NCBI GenBank assembly: GCA_038045705.1
Contig: JBBSXO010000006.1
Location: forward strand, 1-64,000
Length of the DNA stretch: 64,000 nt
DNA from: Nanobdellota archaeon
Lineage (GTDB): Archaea > Nanobdellota > Nanobdellia > Pacearchaeales > GW2011-AR1
Direction: 5' to 3'
This document shows, in pieces, positions 19,667 to 28,819 of the stretch. How positions within the stretch are numbered: position 1 is the first letter of the stretch; each line of letters starts with the position of its first letter. The position numbers and the translations under genes are program-made. Under the pieces are notes generated by a model. It had not been told where the DNA came from and searched no databases. It was given only the letters and a program-made list of their open reading frames with translations.

Positions 19667-19946
19667 AAGAATAATCCCTAACCTTCACTATTTAAATATT
19701 TTTAAAAATTCTTCATTATCAAAAATGTGTGAGCTATGTTCAATAATCTTAGTCAATAGATCTAAAGGTTTTTGATGGGGATATATAGACTTACCAGAGA
19801 TAAACTTAGATTCTTGCACATTGGAAAAGTTCATTTTATCGACGACAAAAACTATGCGCGGACCGTGCTCCGATACTCTTTTCCATCCGGATGCGCAACC
19901 AATTAACCAAAACATAGTTTTAAAAGCAACATAAAAATGCAGTTTT

Positions 19947-20534
19947 ATGGTAGATATAAGTCAAATCAGCGGAAAAGAAACAAGAACAAGAATTCTAACT
20001 CCAGAGATGTGTGAAAGATTCTGGGTAGTTCCAGAAGTGACTGCTAATCATTCTAGAGAAACTCCTGAATCTAGAGACCTAACTATGAGAATCCCTGTTC
20101 AGAGCAACTTTAGGATGATCTCTAGAGATTCTAATGATTACATAGACTTCCTTTACTATGCTGGTTATAATCTTAGAATGATTGACTCTCCACTTCCCTT
20201 CATTCATAATATATTTAGGGGAGGGGCATTAACAGGATTCTACGTGGAAGGACTTATGAGACCTTCAATTGAAGATCAAGCTGTTGCAGAAATCCTTGGT
20301 TATCCATATATTAGTTTAGGGGATGAAAAAAAGCCAGAAGTGGGAGAATTAAGAGAATTACTTACAATGAATAGAATTCCTTATCTAGGATTTGTATCGG
20401 AAGAAGATATAAGAAATAGTCCTTTATTTACAGCAACCCTTAATGCAATTAGGTTAGTAGGCCCACCACTTTGTGATCAAGAGATAATGAAAGAAACTCC
20501 TGTGAAAATTAGAAAATACAAAAAAGCATTATAA
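19947..20534 (+). CDS. Hypothetical protein
   Basis: 195-aa ORF with TTTAAAA about 25 nt upstream. Confidence 0.6.
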   Translation: MVDISQISGKETRTRILTPEMCERFWVVPEVTANHSRETPESRDLTMRIPVQSNFRMISRDSNDYIDFLYYAGYNLRMIDSPLPFIHNIFRGGALTGFYVEGLMRPSIEDQAVAEILGYPYISLGDEKKPEVGELRELLTMNRIPYLGFVSEEDIRNSPLFTATLNAIRLVGPPLCDQEIMKETPVKIRKYKKAL

Positions 20535-20603
20535 AAATAACAAGTGCGAAAGACCCCATGAAGATGGAAAAGGTATGTATGCGCTGGTCGGGAATTGATA
20601 GAT

Positions 20604-22034
20604 TTATCTCTTTTTCACTTTCAGTTTAGATTTAACTTTATCAACAACTTTTATATTGATATTTTTATGTTTCATCTGATAAGCCACAACTTTATCTAGC
20701 GCCATAATTGTTTCAGTGGGAAAATTAAATACAGGGATACCTCTTTCCATGAGAGATCTAGATAGTAATTCTGTAAATTCTCCTCCAGTAGAAACAACAA
20801 CAATTGGTTTCTTTGAATTATGGTGCGCTTCAGTTATAACTTCAACTATTTCAGTTGTGACTAAAGGAGTTTGATAAAGCACTATAAATAAAACTCCATC
20901 AACATTTTTATCATCTAAAGTAGCATTTAAAGCATCTCTATATCTTTCAGTAGTTGCATCTCCCAGTAAATCCAAAGGATTTCCAACATTCATATGCCCT
21001 GGTGTTTTCTTTCTTATCTCTCCAGCAGTTATAGAAGACATATCAGCCATTTTCAAATGTTTAGAAGCAGAAATGGCATCAGTTGAGATTATTCCATAAC
21101 CTCCTCCATTTGTTATAATCTGAATCCTGTTTGATTCAAAGTTAACTTTTTTCTCAAATAATGCTGCAATGTGAAACATTTCCTCAAGCGAATCTGCGCG
21201 TATTGCATTTGTTTGATTAAGTATTCCGAAAAACACATCTTTATTCCCTGCCAAAGAGCCAGTATGAGAAACAGCTGCTTTCATTCCAGCATCAGTCAAT
21301 CCACCCTTTAAGACAATAACAGGTTTATGTTTAGTAGTTTCTTTCAAAATTTCAAAAAACTTTTCACCATCTTTTATTCCTTCAACATACAAACAAATTA
21401 CCTTTGTATTAATATCATGCAACAAGTATTCAATTATATCAGATTCATCTAATTGAGTTGCATTACCATAGCTAACAAATTTAGAAAAACTATATCCACT
21501 ATAACCTGCAATATCTAATATAGCAGAACCAATTGCCCCACTTTGACAAACAAAACTAATTCCTCCAGCTTTAGGTCTTGTTAAACGATATCTAGGCAAA
21601 AAAAGAGTATCAAATTTATTATGGGCATCAAATACACCTAAACAATTAACCCCAATACATCTCATACCATATTTATCTAATTTCTCTCTTAACTTATCTT
21701 CAAGTTCATGGTTTCCAACCTCTCCAAAACCAGCAGTTACAATCAAAACATCTTTTATTTTTTTCTTATTACACTCATCTATTACTTTAATAACATATTC
21801 GCTGGGTACAGAGATAATAGCTAAATCAATTTCTTCATTGACATTAGTCACCGACTTGTAAACTTTATATCCCATTATATCTTTAGCCTCAGGGTTTATT
21901 GGAAAAACTCTTCCCCTAAAACCTCCATCAACCATATTTTTCATGATAACATGGCCAATTTTAGCAGGATTTCGAGAAGCTCCTATAATAGCTACAGAAG
22001 TAGGTTTGAAAAAGTTGTCTAACATCAATACCAT
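20604..22034 (-). CDS. acdA: ADP-forming acetate-CoA ligase, alpha subunit
   Basis: CoA-binding 'AIIGASRNPAKIG', 'QSGAIG', 'SHTGSLAG' phospho-His, 'TNGGGYG', 'NPLDL'. Confidence 0.9.
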   Translation of the reverse strand: MVLMLDNFFKPTSVAIIGASRNPAKIGHVIMKNMVDGGFRGRVFPINPEAKDIMGYKVYKSVTNVNEEIDLAIISVPSEYVIKVIDECNKKKIKDVLIVTAGFGEVGNHELEDKLREKLDKYGMRCIGVNCLGVFDAHNKFDTLFLPRYRLTRPKAGGISFVCQSGAIGSAILDIAGYSGYSFSKFVSYGNATQLDESDIIEYLLHDINTKVICLYVEGIKDGEKFFEILKETTKHKPVIVLKGGLTDAGMKAAVSHTGSLAGNKDVFFGILNQTNAIRADSLEEMFHIAALFEKKVNFESNRIQIITNGGGYGIISTDAISASKHLKMADMSSITAGEIRKKTPGHMNVGNPLDLLGDATTERYRDALNATLDDKNVDGVLFIVLYQTPLVTTEIVEVITEAHHNSKKPIVVVSTGGEFTELLSRSLMERGIPVFNFPTETIMALDKVVAYQMKHKNINIKVVDKVKSKLKVKKR

Positions 22035-22088
22035 AAGTACATGAATTAAAGGTTATATTTAACGTTTATCATCAATTATATATTTTGG

Positions 22089-22946
22089 TTAAACATCATT
22101 TCTATCATCTATCGTTCTAATCGTCTTTCCAGATAAGTCCGGGTACTTATTCGGAAATATTCCCAATCTATAAATTTTATTTTTGTGCATTTTTACCCTT
22201 TTATGTTTAATCAATATTTCAGGATAATATCTAAGTCTTCCTATAGCTTCAAATGTTTGTTGATAGGGTTCAAAAATACGCCTCTCCTCTTTCCATGAGA
22301 GACTATCTAATGTATATAGAAATAAGGTAATGTTGAGAATCATTACAGATAAAATTGAAGAAATGATTGCTACGATTAGAGAGTTAGTTTCAGTTAAAAT
22401 GGTACTTAAAAGAATAATAAATGGTAAGAATGTCGCAACAAGCCATTCAAATCTAGATAATCTATCTGTAATAAGTGCAATAGTTTTTCTCCTGGCCTCA
22501 ATCAAAGATGAAAAACAATCAAGAAACTCACTATATATTTCTCTTTGTTGATCATTAGTGACTTTAGCAGATTCTATTTTGTTATAAATAGCATCAACAA
22601 ATTTTTCATTTTTATGAAAGTCTTTTATTTCATAGTCTAATGTACTAATCAAATATTGATCAATAGCTTCAGCCATTTCAGTTTGATATTTCTTTCCAAA
22701 TGTACCAGCATATTTATGCATTAATATCAAATAACCACGTTCCAATGAATCATTATTGCGTAATTCATTTATTCTTCCATGTCTGTCAGATATAGAAAAT
22801 GAAATAAAAATACCAAACAAAAATGTAGCAATAGAGATAAGGACAGTTAGAAATGTACTTTCTATCTTTCTCGGATAAAATACATTGAGAGCAAGTAAAC
22901 AAATAAATGCTATTATTAAAATAATGGTAATTTTATTCGCTCGCAT
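22089..22946 (-). CDS. Membrane protein (2+2 TM)
   Basis: Hydrophobic pairs flanking a soluble helical region. Confidence 0.65.
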   Translation of the reverse strand: MRANKITIILIIAFICLLALNVFYPRKIESTFLTVLISIATFLFGIFISFSISDRHGRINELRNNDSLERGYLILMHKYAGTFGKKYQTEMAEAIDQYLISTLDYEIKDFHKNEKFVDAIYNKIESAKVTNDQQREIYSEFLDCFSSLIEARRKTIALITDRLSRFEWLVATFLPFIILLSTILTETNSLIVAIISSILSVMILNITLFLYTLDSLSWKEERRIFEPYQQTFEAIGRLRYYPEILIKHKRVKMHKNKIYRLGIFPNKYPDLSGKTIRTIDDRNDV

Positions 22947-23013
22947 ATAACATCCTTTAATATAAAGTACTAAAATTAATTAATAAACTTATCTAGGGAT
23001 TGTTTAAAATAGA

Positions 23014-23379
23014 TTATATATTAAGACATTGAAATTGAGCCAACGCATCACTCATAGGTTCTAAGTTTGGCTTTAAATCTAAAACCAATGAGAAAACATC
23101 TTTAGTTGCTCTATGACCTATAGACTTACTGCATTCACGAAGGGCGTAAAGACATCGATCAAAAGAAGTCGTCCCATCCAAATGGCCATTTTCAAAATCA
23201 ACTGGAGGGTCAATAGCAAGACATGTTAATTTTTCTATCAAACCTAAGTTGATAAGACCCTCTCTTTTCTGAGAAGTTACGTCTTTCACAAAAGTATCAA
23301 GGTAACCCGATGTATAATTGCCATCAATACTCATGTAAATCTCCATACATATTTCATTATTTTTAAGTACTAAAATCAT
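23014..23379 (-). CDS. Hypothetical protein
   Basis: ORF of up to 121 aa, start uncertain. Confidence 0.45.
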   Translation of the reverse strand: MILVLKNNEICMEIYMSIDGNYTSGYLDTFVKDVTSQKREGLINLGLIEKLTCLAIDPPVDFENGHLDGTTSFDRCLYALRECSKSIGHRATKDVFSLVLDLKPNLEPMSDALAQFQCLNI

Positions 23380-23403
23380 TATATAAGTCTTTATGTTTGC
23401 CTA

Positions 23404-24630
23404 TCACTTGAGCAAATACTCGGGTTCCTCTAAATATTCTTTCAAAGTCTCAATAAACTCTGTTGCCTCAGCTCCATCTAATACTTGATGGTCAAAAGTA
23501 AGAGAAACAGGTAAAATTCTAGCATTTCTAACTTTCCCAGTCTTTTCATCCATAACTACTCTGTCGAATATCCTTCCAATACCGAGAATTGCAGATTCAC
23601 CCAGGTTGATAATTGGAGTTGCATACGTTCCCCCAACACTTCCATAGTTTGTAATTGTAAAAGTAGACCCTTTCAAATCCATTGTATCAATGGTTCTATT
23701 TCTAGCTTTCTCAGCTAAAGTCTCAATTTCTTTAGCAATATCAGAAATACTCTTTCTTTCAACAATCTTTAGAACAGGAACCATTAAACCAGCATCTGTC
23801 TGAACAGCTACCCCTATATTGTAATATTTTTTTATAATTATATTATCTCCATCTAATGATGAATTAAGGATAGGGTGTTTCTCAAGTGATTTAACAACTG
23901 CCTTAATAATAAAAGGCATAAAAGTCAGTTTAACACCTTCAATTGCAAAATGTTCTTTTTCTTTTTTTCTAATATCCCATAATTTACTTACATCAATGTC
24001 TTCCATAGCAGTAACTTGAGCAGTCTGTTTTATCGAACTAATCATGTTTTGCGCAATTATCTTTCTAACCCCTTTAAGAGGAATGCGCTCAATATAGCCA
24101 AAAGTATCATACTTGCGTTGAGCAACAATACCTGCAGGTCTGACACTTTCAACAGGTTCGGTAACTTTAGAGAAACCATTTTTCTCCAAATCAGACATAA
24201 CTATCTGTCCATCAGCTCCAGAACCACTAATAGAACTCAAGTCAACTCCCTTCTCAATAGCAGTCCTTCTAACAGCAGGAGATGCAAGAATTTTACCATC
24301 AATTTTAATTTCTTTCTTAACAACAGACCTTTCATTACCCCCAATTTCTCTATTTGTTTTTTCAATTTTAACAACTGTTTTAACTTTCTCACCACTTTCT
24401 CCAATCACACAAAGCACAGCACCAACATTAACAGTATCTCCTTTAGAAAAGTTAATCTTTAAAATAGTTCCAGAAACTGGACAAGGTAAATCAGCGACAG
24501 CCTTATCAGTTTCAATTTTAACAATGACTTGATCCGCTTTAACTTTGTCTCCTTCTTTAACTACCCATTCAACGATTTCAGCTTCAGCTATACCCTCTCC
24601 AATATCTGGAAGTCTAAATTCAGTTGCCAT
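23404..24630 (-). CDS. pdhC: 2-oxoacid dehydrogenase E2, dihydrolipoamide acyltransferase
   Basis: Lipoyl 'ETDKA', E3-binding 'ASPAVRR', catalytic 'DHQVLDGA'; start MATEF at 24630. Confidence 0.93.
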   Translation of the reverse strand: MATEFRLPDIGEGIAEAEIVEWVVKEGDKVKADQVIVKIETDKAVADLPCPVSGTILKINFSKGDTVNVGAVLCVIGESGEKVKTVVKIEKTNREIGGNERSVVKKEIKIDGKILASPAVRRTAIEKGVDLSSISGSGADGQIVMSDLEKNGFSKVTEPVESVRPAGIVAQRKYDTFGYIERIPLKGVRKIIAQNMISSIKQTAQVTAMEDIDVSKLWDIRKKEKEHFAIEGVKLTFMPFIIKAVVKSLEKHPILNSSLDGDNIIIKKYYNIGVAVQTDAGLMVPVLKIVERKSISDIAKEIETLAEKARNRTIDTMDLKGSTFTITNYGSVGGTYATPIINLGESAILGIGRIFDRVVMDEKTGKVRNARILPVSLTFDHQVLDGAEATEFIETLKEYLEEPEYLLK

Positions 24631-24710
24631 CTTTTTACCACTAAATCTTAAAGAGTAATAAATGTTAGTATGGTGAAAAGGTTTAAATATCTCATAAAAT
24701 ATCTCATTAG

Positions 24711-24923
24711 ATGGCACAGATTAAAACAATAGTAAGAAAATGGGGAGATTCCATAGCAGTAATAATACCTAAAAAGTTAGCTGAAGCTAAAAAACTTAAG
24801 CCGGAAGATGAGATTTTAATCTCTATAGAAAAAGAAACAAGTTTAAAGGATTTATTTGGAAAGTGGAAAACAGAAAAGACTGCTCAGGAACTTAAAGATG
24901 AATCAAGAGAAGGATGGGAATAA
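24711..24923 (+). CDS. AbrB/MazE-type antitoxin
   Basis: 'RKWGDSIAVIIPK' swapped-hairpin motif. Confidence 0.85.
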   Translation: MAQIKTIVRKWGDSIAVIIPKKLAEAKKLKPEDEILISIEKETSLKDLFGKWKTEKTAQELKDESREGWE

Positions 24924-25287
24924 AGAGTTATATTTTTATGATACTTATGCTCTTTATGAAATTGCAAAAGGGGCAAAAAATTATGAAAATTACGTTGACG
25001 AGGTAATTATAACTTCTTTAATGAATGTTTATGAATTATACTACAGTTTATTAAAAGATAATAACGAAGAACTAGCAAATCAGTTTTTCTCAAAATTACT
25101 TTCAAAATGTGTTGAAATAAAACCAGAAGCAATAAAAGAAGCAGCTAAATTTAGAAATAAAGAAATTAGAAGAAAGCTTTCATACATTGATTGTTTAGGT
25201 TATATAATTGCGAAAGAACAAGGAGTTAAGTTTCTTACAGGAGATAAAGAATTTGAATCTTTGAGTAACGTTCTTTTTGTCAAATGA
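24898..25287 (+). CDS. vapC: PIN-domain VapC toxin
   Basis: 'FYDTYAL', 'LSYIDC', 'LTGDKEF'; start approximate. Confidence 0.85.
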   Translation: MNQEKDGNKELYFYDTYALYEIAKGAKNYENYVDEVIITSLMNVYELYYSLLKDNNEELANQFFSKLLSKCVEIKPEAIKEAAKFRNKEIRRKLSYIDCLGYIIAKEQGVKFLTGDKEFESLSNVLFVK

Positions 25288-25378
25288 CTATAAAATCTCT
25301 ATGTCCTTATACTTCCAAAGACACTACGCAAAAAAGATACAGATTTGTAGATCTATGAGGTAATGATGATTGCATTCA

Positions 25379-26368
25379 TTATTTGACGTTTCCGCGTGCG
25401 TTAGAAATTACTCTATTAATAGCTACAGTTATTTTTTCTACAGAAGGTAAATAGTAATCTTCATGAAGTCTTAAAGGCACAATAGTATCAAACCCTGTAA
25501 CTCTTTCAATAGGAGCCTCAAGCGAGTAAAGTGCTTTCTCGTTAATGCGGGCAATAATTTCGCTAGCAAGCCCTAAGGTTTTAGGAGCCTCCTGAACGAT
25601 CACACACTTACCTGTTTTCTTTACAGAATTAACTATTGTCTCAGTATCTAGCGGACTAAGCGTTCGCAAATCAATAAGTTCAACAGAAATATCTTTTATT
25701 TTTTCAATAGCTTCCTTTGCAGTCTTTATCCATGCACCATAAGCAATTAAAGTAACGTCTGTACCTTGTTTGATTATATTAGCTTTTCCAAGAGGTATGG
25801 CATAAGCTTCTTCAGGAACTTCTTCCTTAATGGCGCGGTAAATCTTTTTAGGTTCAAAAAATATTACTGGATCTTTTTCTCGCAGTGCAGAAATAAGTAA
25901 ACCTTTAGCATCATAAGGTCCAGAAGGCATTACAACTTTCAATCCAGGCGTATGAATAAAATAAGATTCTGGAGAGTCAGAATGATGTTCAAGGGCTTTT
26001 ATCCCTCCACCAATTGGACACCGGACAATTATCGGAGTTGTAAACCTCCCACGACTTCGATTTCTCATCCTAGAAGCGTGATTAACAAGCTGATTAATAG
26101 CGGGGAAAATAAAACCCTCAAATTGAATCTCACAAACAGGTTTCAATCCAACAAGGGACATTCCAATTGAAGTTCCAATAATTCCAGATTCAGCAAGAGG
26201 AGAGTCAATTACTCTTTTATTTCCATATTCTTTAGCAAGTCCATCAGTAACTCGAAAAACGCCTCCATCTTCACCTACATCTTCACCAATAATCAGAATG
26301 TTCTTATCTCTTTTCATTTCCAAACGCAAAGCGTCATTCAGAGCTTCAACCATATTACAGACAACCAT
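25379..26368 (-). CDS. pdhB: 2-oxoacid (pyruvate) dehydrogenase E1 beta
   Basis: 'GEDVG..GGVFRVT', 'DSPLAESGIIG', 'EIQF', 'EHHS'. Confidence 0.93.
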   Translation of the reverse strand: MVVCNMVEALNDALRLEMKRDKNILIIGEDVGEDGGVFRVTDGLAKEYGNKRVIDSPLAESGIIGTSIGMSLVGLKPVCEIQFEGFIFPAINQLVNHASRMRNRSRGRFTTPIIVRCPIGGGIKALEHHSDSPESYFIHTPGLKVVMPSGPYDAKGLLISALREKDPVIFFEPKKIYRAIKEEVPEEAYAIPLGKANIIKQGTDVTLIAYGAWIKTAKEAIEKIKDISVELIDLRTLSPLDTETIVNSVKKTGKCVIVQEAPKTLGLASEIIARINEKALYSLEAPIERVTGFDTIVPLRLHEDYYLPSVEKITVAINRVISNARGNVK

Positions 26369-26496
26369 TATATCACCATCTCAAAATATAGTCCTTATAG
26401 TAGTTAATAAATTTTCATCAAACTGAATATAAAATATTACCTTTATTAAGTAACAACAATAGAAAAGCTTAAATACTCTTTTTTAATGAAAAGCAC

Positions 26497-27306
26497 ATGG
26501 CAGTCAGTATATATGTTAGCCCAAGCGGAATTGAATCAGCAGTAACTAGTGGTGTAAATTTTAAAGAATCTTTAGCTGAATTAAAGAAAATAGGTCATAA
26601 AGTAATAACTTTAAGAGAAAATGCTAAACTAAGAATTCAACAAGGAAAAGAAGCAGATATATCTCAAAATGGTAATTATGTTATGCAAGGCAACGTCTAC
26701 CTTCAAGGAGAGACAGGGATCATTGTTGCAGAATCTCCATATTTAACTAATGCTACAATGCTTCGAAAAGCCATTAAAGAAAATAATCAAGGAAGATACT
26801 TTAGTACTCCAAATAGAAAGCTATACGATCAATTTCATAAACAAGCTCAAGAAGATACTTCAAAAGACCCAAGAGAACGCAGAGCTGTTTTCATGCCTTC
26901 AGACGGAAGATTTGCAATTTCACAAAGAGAAAATCCAGAGATTTTTGAATTTTTATTGGGAGAATTTGGTCAAAGTTATCTAGAATTTGTTAAACAAGAT
27001 TCTCTAGATTTCTTTCCAGTATCTCAAGAAACTCTTAAATCTTATTCAGGCACAGTTCCAACCCAGTTGTGGTTCGGGCTTGGCGGCGGCAGGTCTTACC
27101 TTGTTGGCGACTTCTACCTCGACCTCGGCGGCCTTAGGGTTCGTGGGGTGCGTTCAGTAGTGAGCGCCACAGGCGCGAACACTTCGCAAATTTCTATCCC
27201 TCAAGGAATCGAACTTTATACTCCTTCACAAATCGCAGAAGCTCTTGAAGGCATGAAACTTACAGGATTAGAAGCTCAGTTAATGAAGAAATTAAGAAAA
27301 AGATAA
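26497..27306 (+). CDS. DGR target (variable) protein
   Basis: Contains the VR (27066-27150) matching the TR; ends VR with CLec-like 'RVRGV'; no signal peptide seen. Confidence 0.9.
   Translation: MAVSIYVSPSGIESAVTSGVNFKESLAELKKIGHKVITLRENAKLRIQQGKEADISQNGNYVMQGNVYLQGETGIIVAESPYLTNATMLRKAIKENNQGRYFSTPNRKLYDQFHKQAQEDTSKDPRERRAVFMPSDGRFAISQRENPEIFEFLLGEFGQSYLEFVKQDSLDFFPVSQETLKSYSGTVPTQLWFGLGGGRSYLVGDFYLDLGGLRVRGVRSVVSATGANTSQISIPQGIELYTPSQIAEALEGMKLTGLEAQLMKKLRKR
27066..27150 (+). repeat. DGR variable repeat (VR)
   Basis: Aligns to 27592-27679 with 21 substitutions at TR adenines, one 3-nt deletion and one codon with non-A differences. Confidence 0.95.
27164..27176 (+). other. Post-VR hairpin GCGCC-ACA-GGCGC (candidate homing stem-loop)
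   Basis: 5-bp GC stem with 3-nt loop 13 nt after the VR; absent after the TR. Confidence 0.65.
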
Positions 27307-27369
27307 TCTCTAGAATATCTTCATTATACTACATTAATTCTTAAAAACAATTATTTCTTTTTAAAAATG

Positions 27370-27694
27370 CCTCGGTCTCTCTGCGGAGTGCAGAGCAAAA
27401 GAGGCCACACGCATTTGTATTAGTCTTGTTTAAGCAAGCAGTAAAATACAACTGCAACAATTAGTATGCTGTCCGGAAAGCGAAACTTGAAGCAGTGGTG
27501 GTGAGTGTTTACATTCAGGCAAGTGATATAAGCATTTTTGAATGTAGGCACGAAGTGAGAAATCACAAATTAGGTACAAAAGCTACTCTGTGTTGTGGTT
27601 CAACAGGCTTGGCGACAACAGGTCTAACCTTAATGGCAACAACTACAACCTCAACAACGACAATAGGGTTCGTGGAATGACCTCTAGACCGAGG
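27370..27694 (+). ncRNA. Structured DGR template RNA enclosing the TR
   Basis: Terminal 9-bp pairing CCTCGGTCT/AGACCGAGG, several internal hairpins with G-U pairs and a GAAA tetraloop; TATA-like TTAAAAA at 27341-27347. Confidence 0.75.
27592..27679 (+). repeat. DGR template repeat (TR)
   Basis: AAC/AAT-rich (28 adenines) copy of the VR just upstream of the RT. Confidence 0.95.
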
Positions 27695-27702
27695 ATTACA
27701 AT

Positions 27703-28796
27703 ATGAAAACCTACAACAATCTGTATTTGCAAGTTTATTCAATGGGCAATCTTACTCTCGCTTGGAGAAAAGCAAGAAGAGGAAAAACAGCCAGACAAGA
27801 TATTCTAGAATTTGATAAGGATGTTGAGAAAAATCTTCTTAAGTTGTATAATGAATTGAAAGATAAAACTTATTCTCCTGAAAATCTCGTTAATTTTGTT
27901 TTGCGAGATCCAAAAACAAGGAAGATTTCCAAATCAGCTTTCAGAGATAGGGTAATACATCATGCTTTAATGAACATAATTGCTCCTTTATTTGAAAAGA
28001 CCTTTATTCACGATTCTTGTGCTGGCAGATTGGGAAAAGGAACTATCCTTGCATTGCAAAGATTTCAATATTTCTTAAGAAAGGTTTCATGCAATCTTAA
28101 AAATAATAAAAATAAGTTTAATGATAGAAATTATGTAAATGGATATTGTCTCAAGGCAGACATTAAACAATATTTCCAAAATATAAATCATGATATACTT
28201 ATCTCAATAATAAAAATGAAGATTAAAGATGAAAGTGTTATATGGTTAATTGAGCAAGTGCTTAATGCGAACTTTGGAAACAAGAGAGAGAGAGAGTACT
28301 TACAGATTGGTTGGGTAATAAAGGAATGCCTTTAGGAAATTATACCTCTCAATTCTTTGCCAACCTTTATCTTAATGAATTAGATCAATTTGTGAAACAC
28401 AAATTAAAAGCGAAATATTACATCAGATATGTAGATGATTTTGTAATTCTTCATGAATCTAAATTACAGTTAATAAAATGGAAAGAAGAAATAAATCAAT
28501 TTCTCAAAGAAAAACTAAAAATTGAGTTACATCCTCAAAAATCAAGAATAATTCCTTTATCTCAAGGAGTGGATTTTGTAGGTTTTAGGAACTTTGCACA
28601 TTTTAAGTTGCTTAGAAAAAGAAATATTAGAAAAATGAATCAAAAGATTGAATTATATAAAAATAATAAGAAAGACTTTAGCTCATTAAAAGAAAGTTAC
28701 CAAGGCTGGCAAGGTTATGCTAAGTGGGCTAACACTCATGAATTAAGACAAGAAGTTAAGAAAAAGATAATAGATGCTCTCTGGGATAAAATATAA
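27703..28796 (+). CDS. DGR reverse transcriptase, split into two ORFs by a frameshift at (AG)7
   Basis: 'DPKTRKI', 'FRDRVIHHAL', 'KADIKQYFQNINH', 'GMPLGNYTSQ', 'YIRYVDDF', 'GVDFVG'; removing 2 nt from the repeat fuses both ORFs into 363 aa. Confidence 0.92.
28283..28296 (+). repeat. (AG)7 microsatellite inside the RT gene
   Basis: Seen directly at the frame break. Confidence 0.95.
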
Positions 28797-28819
28797 CTGA
28801 GTAGAAAGTTTATAAAAAT

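Noticed and set aside
19688-19915. 75-aa ORF containing 'YPHQKPLDLLTKIIEHSS'
   Set aside because: Resembles a scrap of a DNA methylase but lacks catalytic and SAM motifs; at most a tiny remnant.
19873-20576. Imperfect inverted repeat GATGGAAAAG(A)GTAT flanking ORF 19947-20534
   Set aside because: Only about 14 bp with an indel, no target duplication or transposase; may be chance.
27495-27680. 61-aa ORF overlapping the TR as a possible Avd
   Set aside because: Too short for the four-helix Avd; its poly-Thr is just the AAC repeats read off-frame, and it overlaps the RNA hairpins.
27370-28796. Group II intron or retron interpretation of RT plus structured RNA
   Set aside because: No GUGYG start or domain V/VI recognised, no retron VTG motif, and a clear A-specific TR/VR pair.
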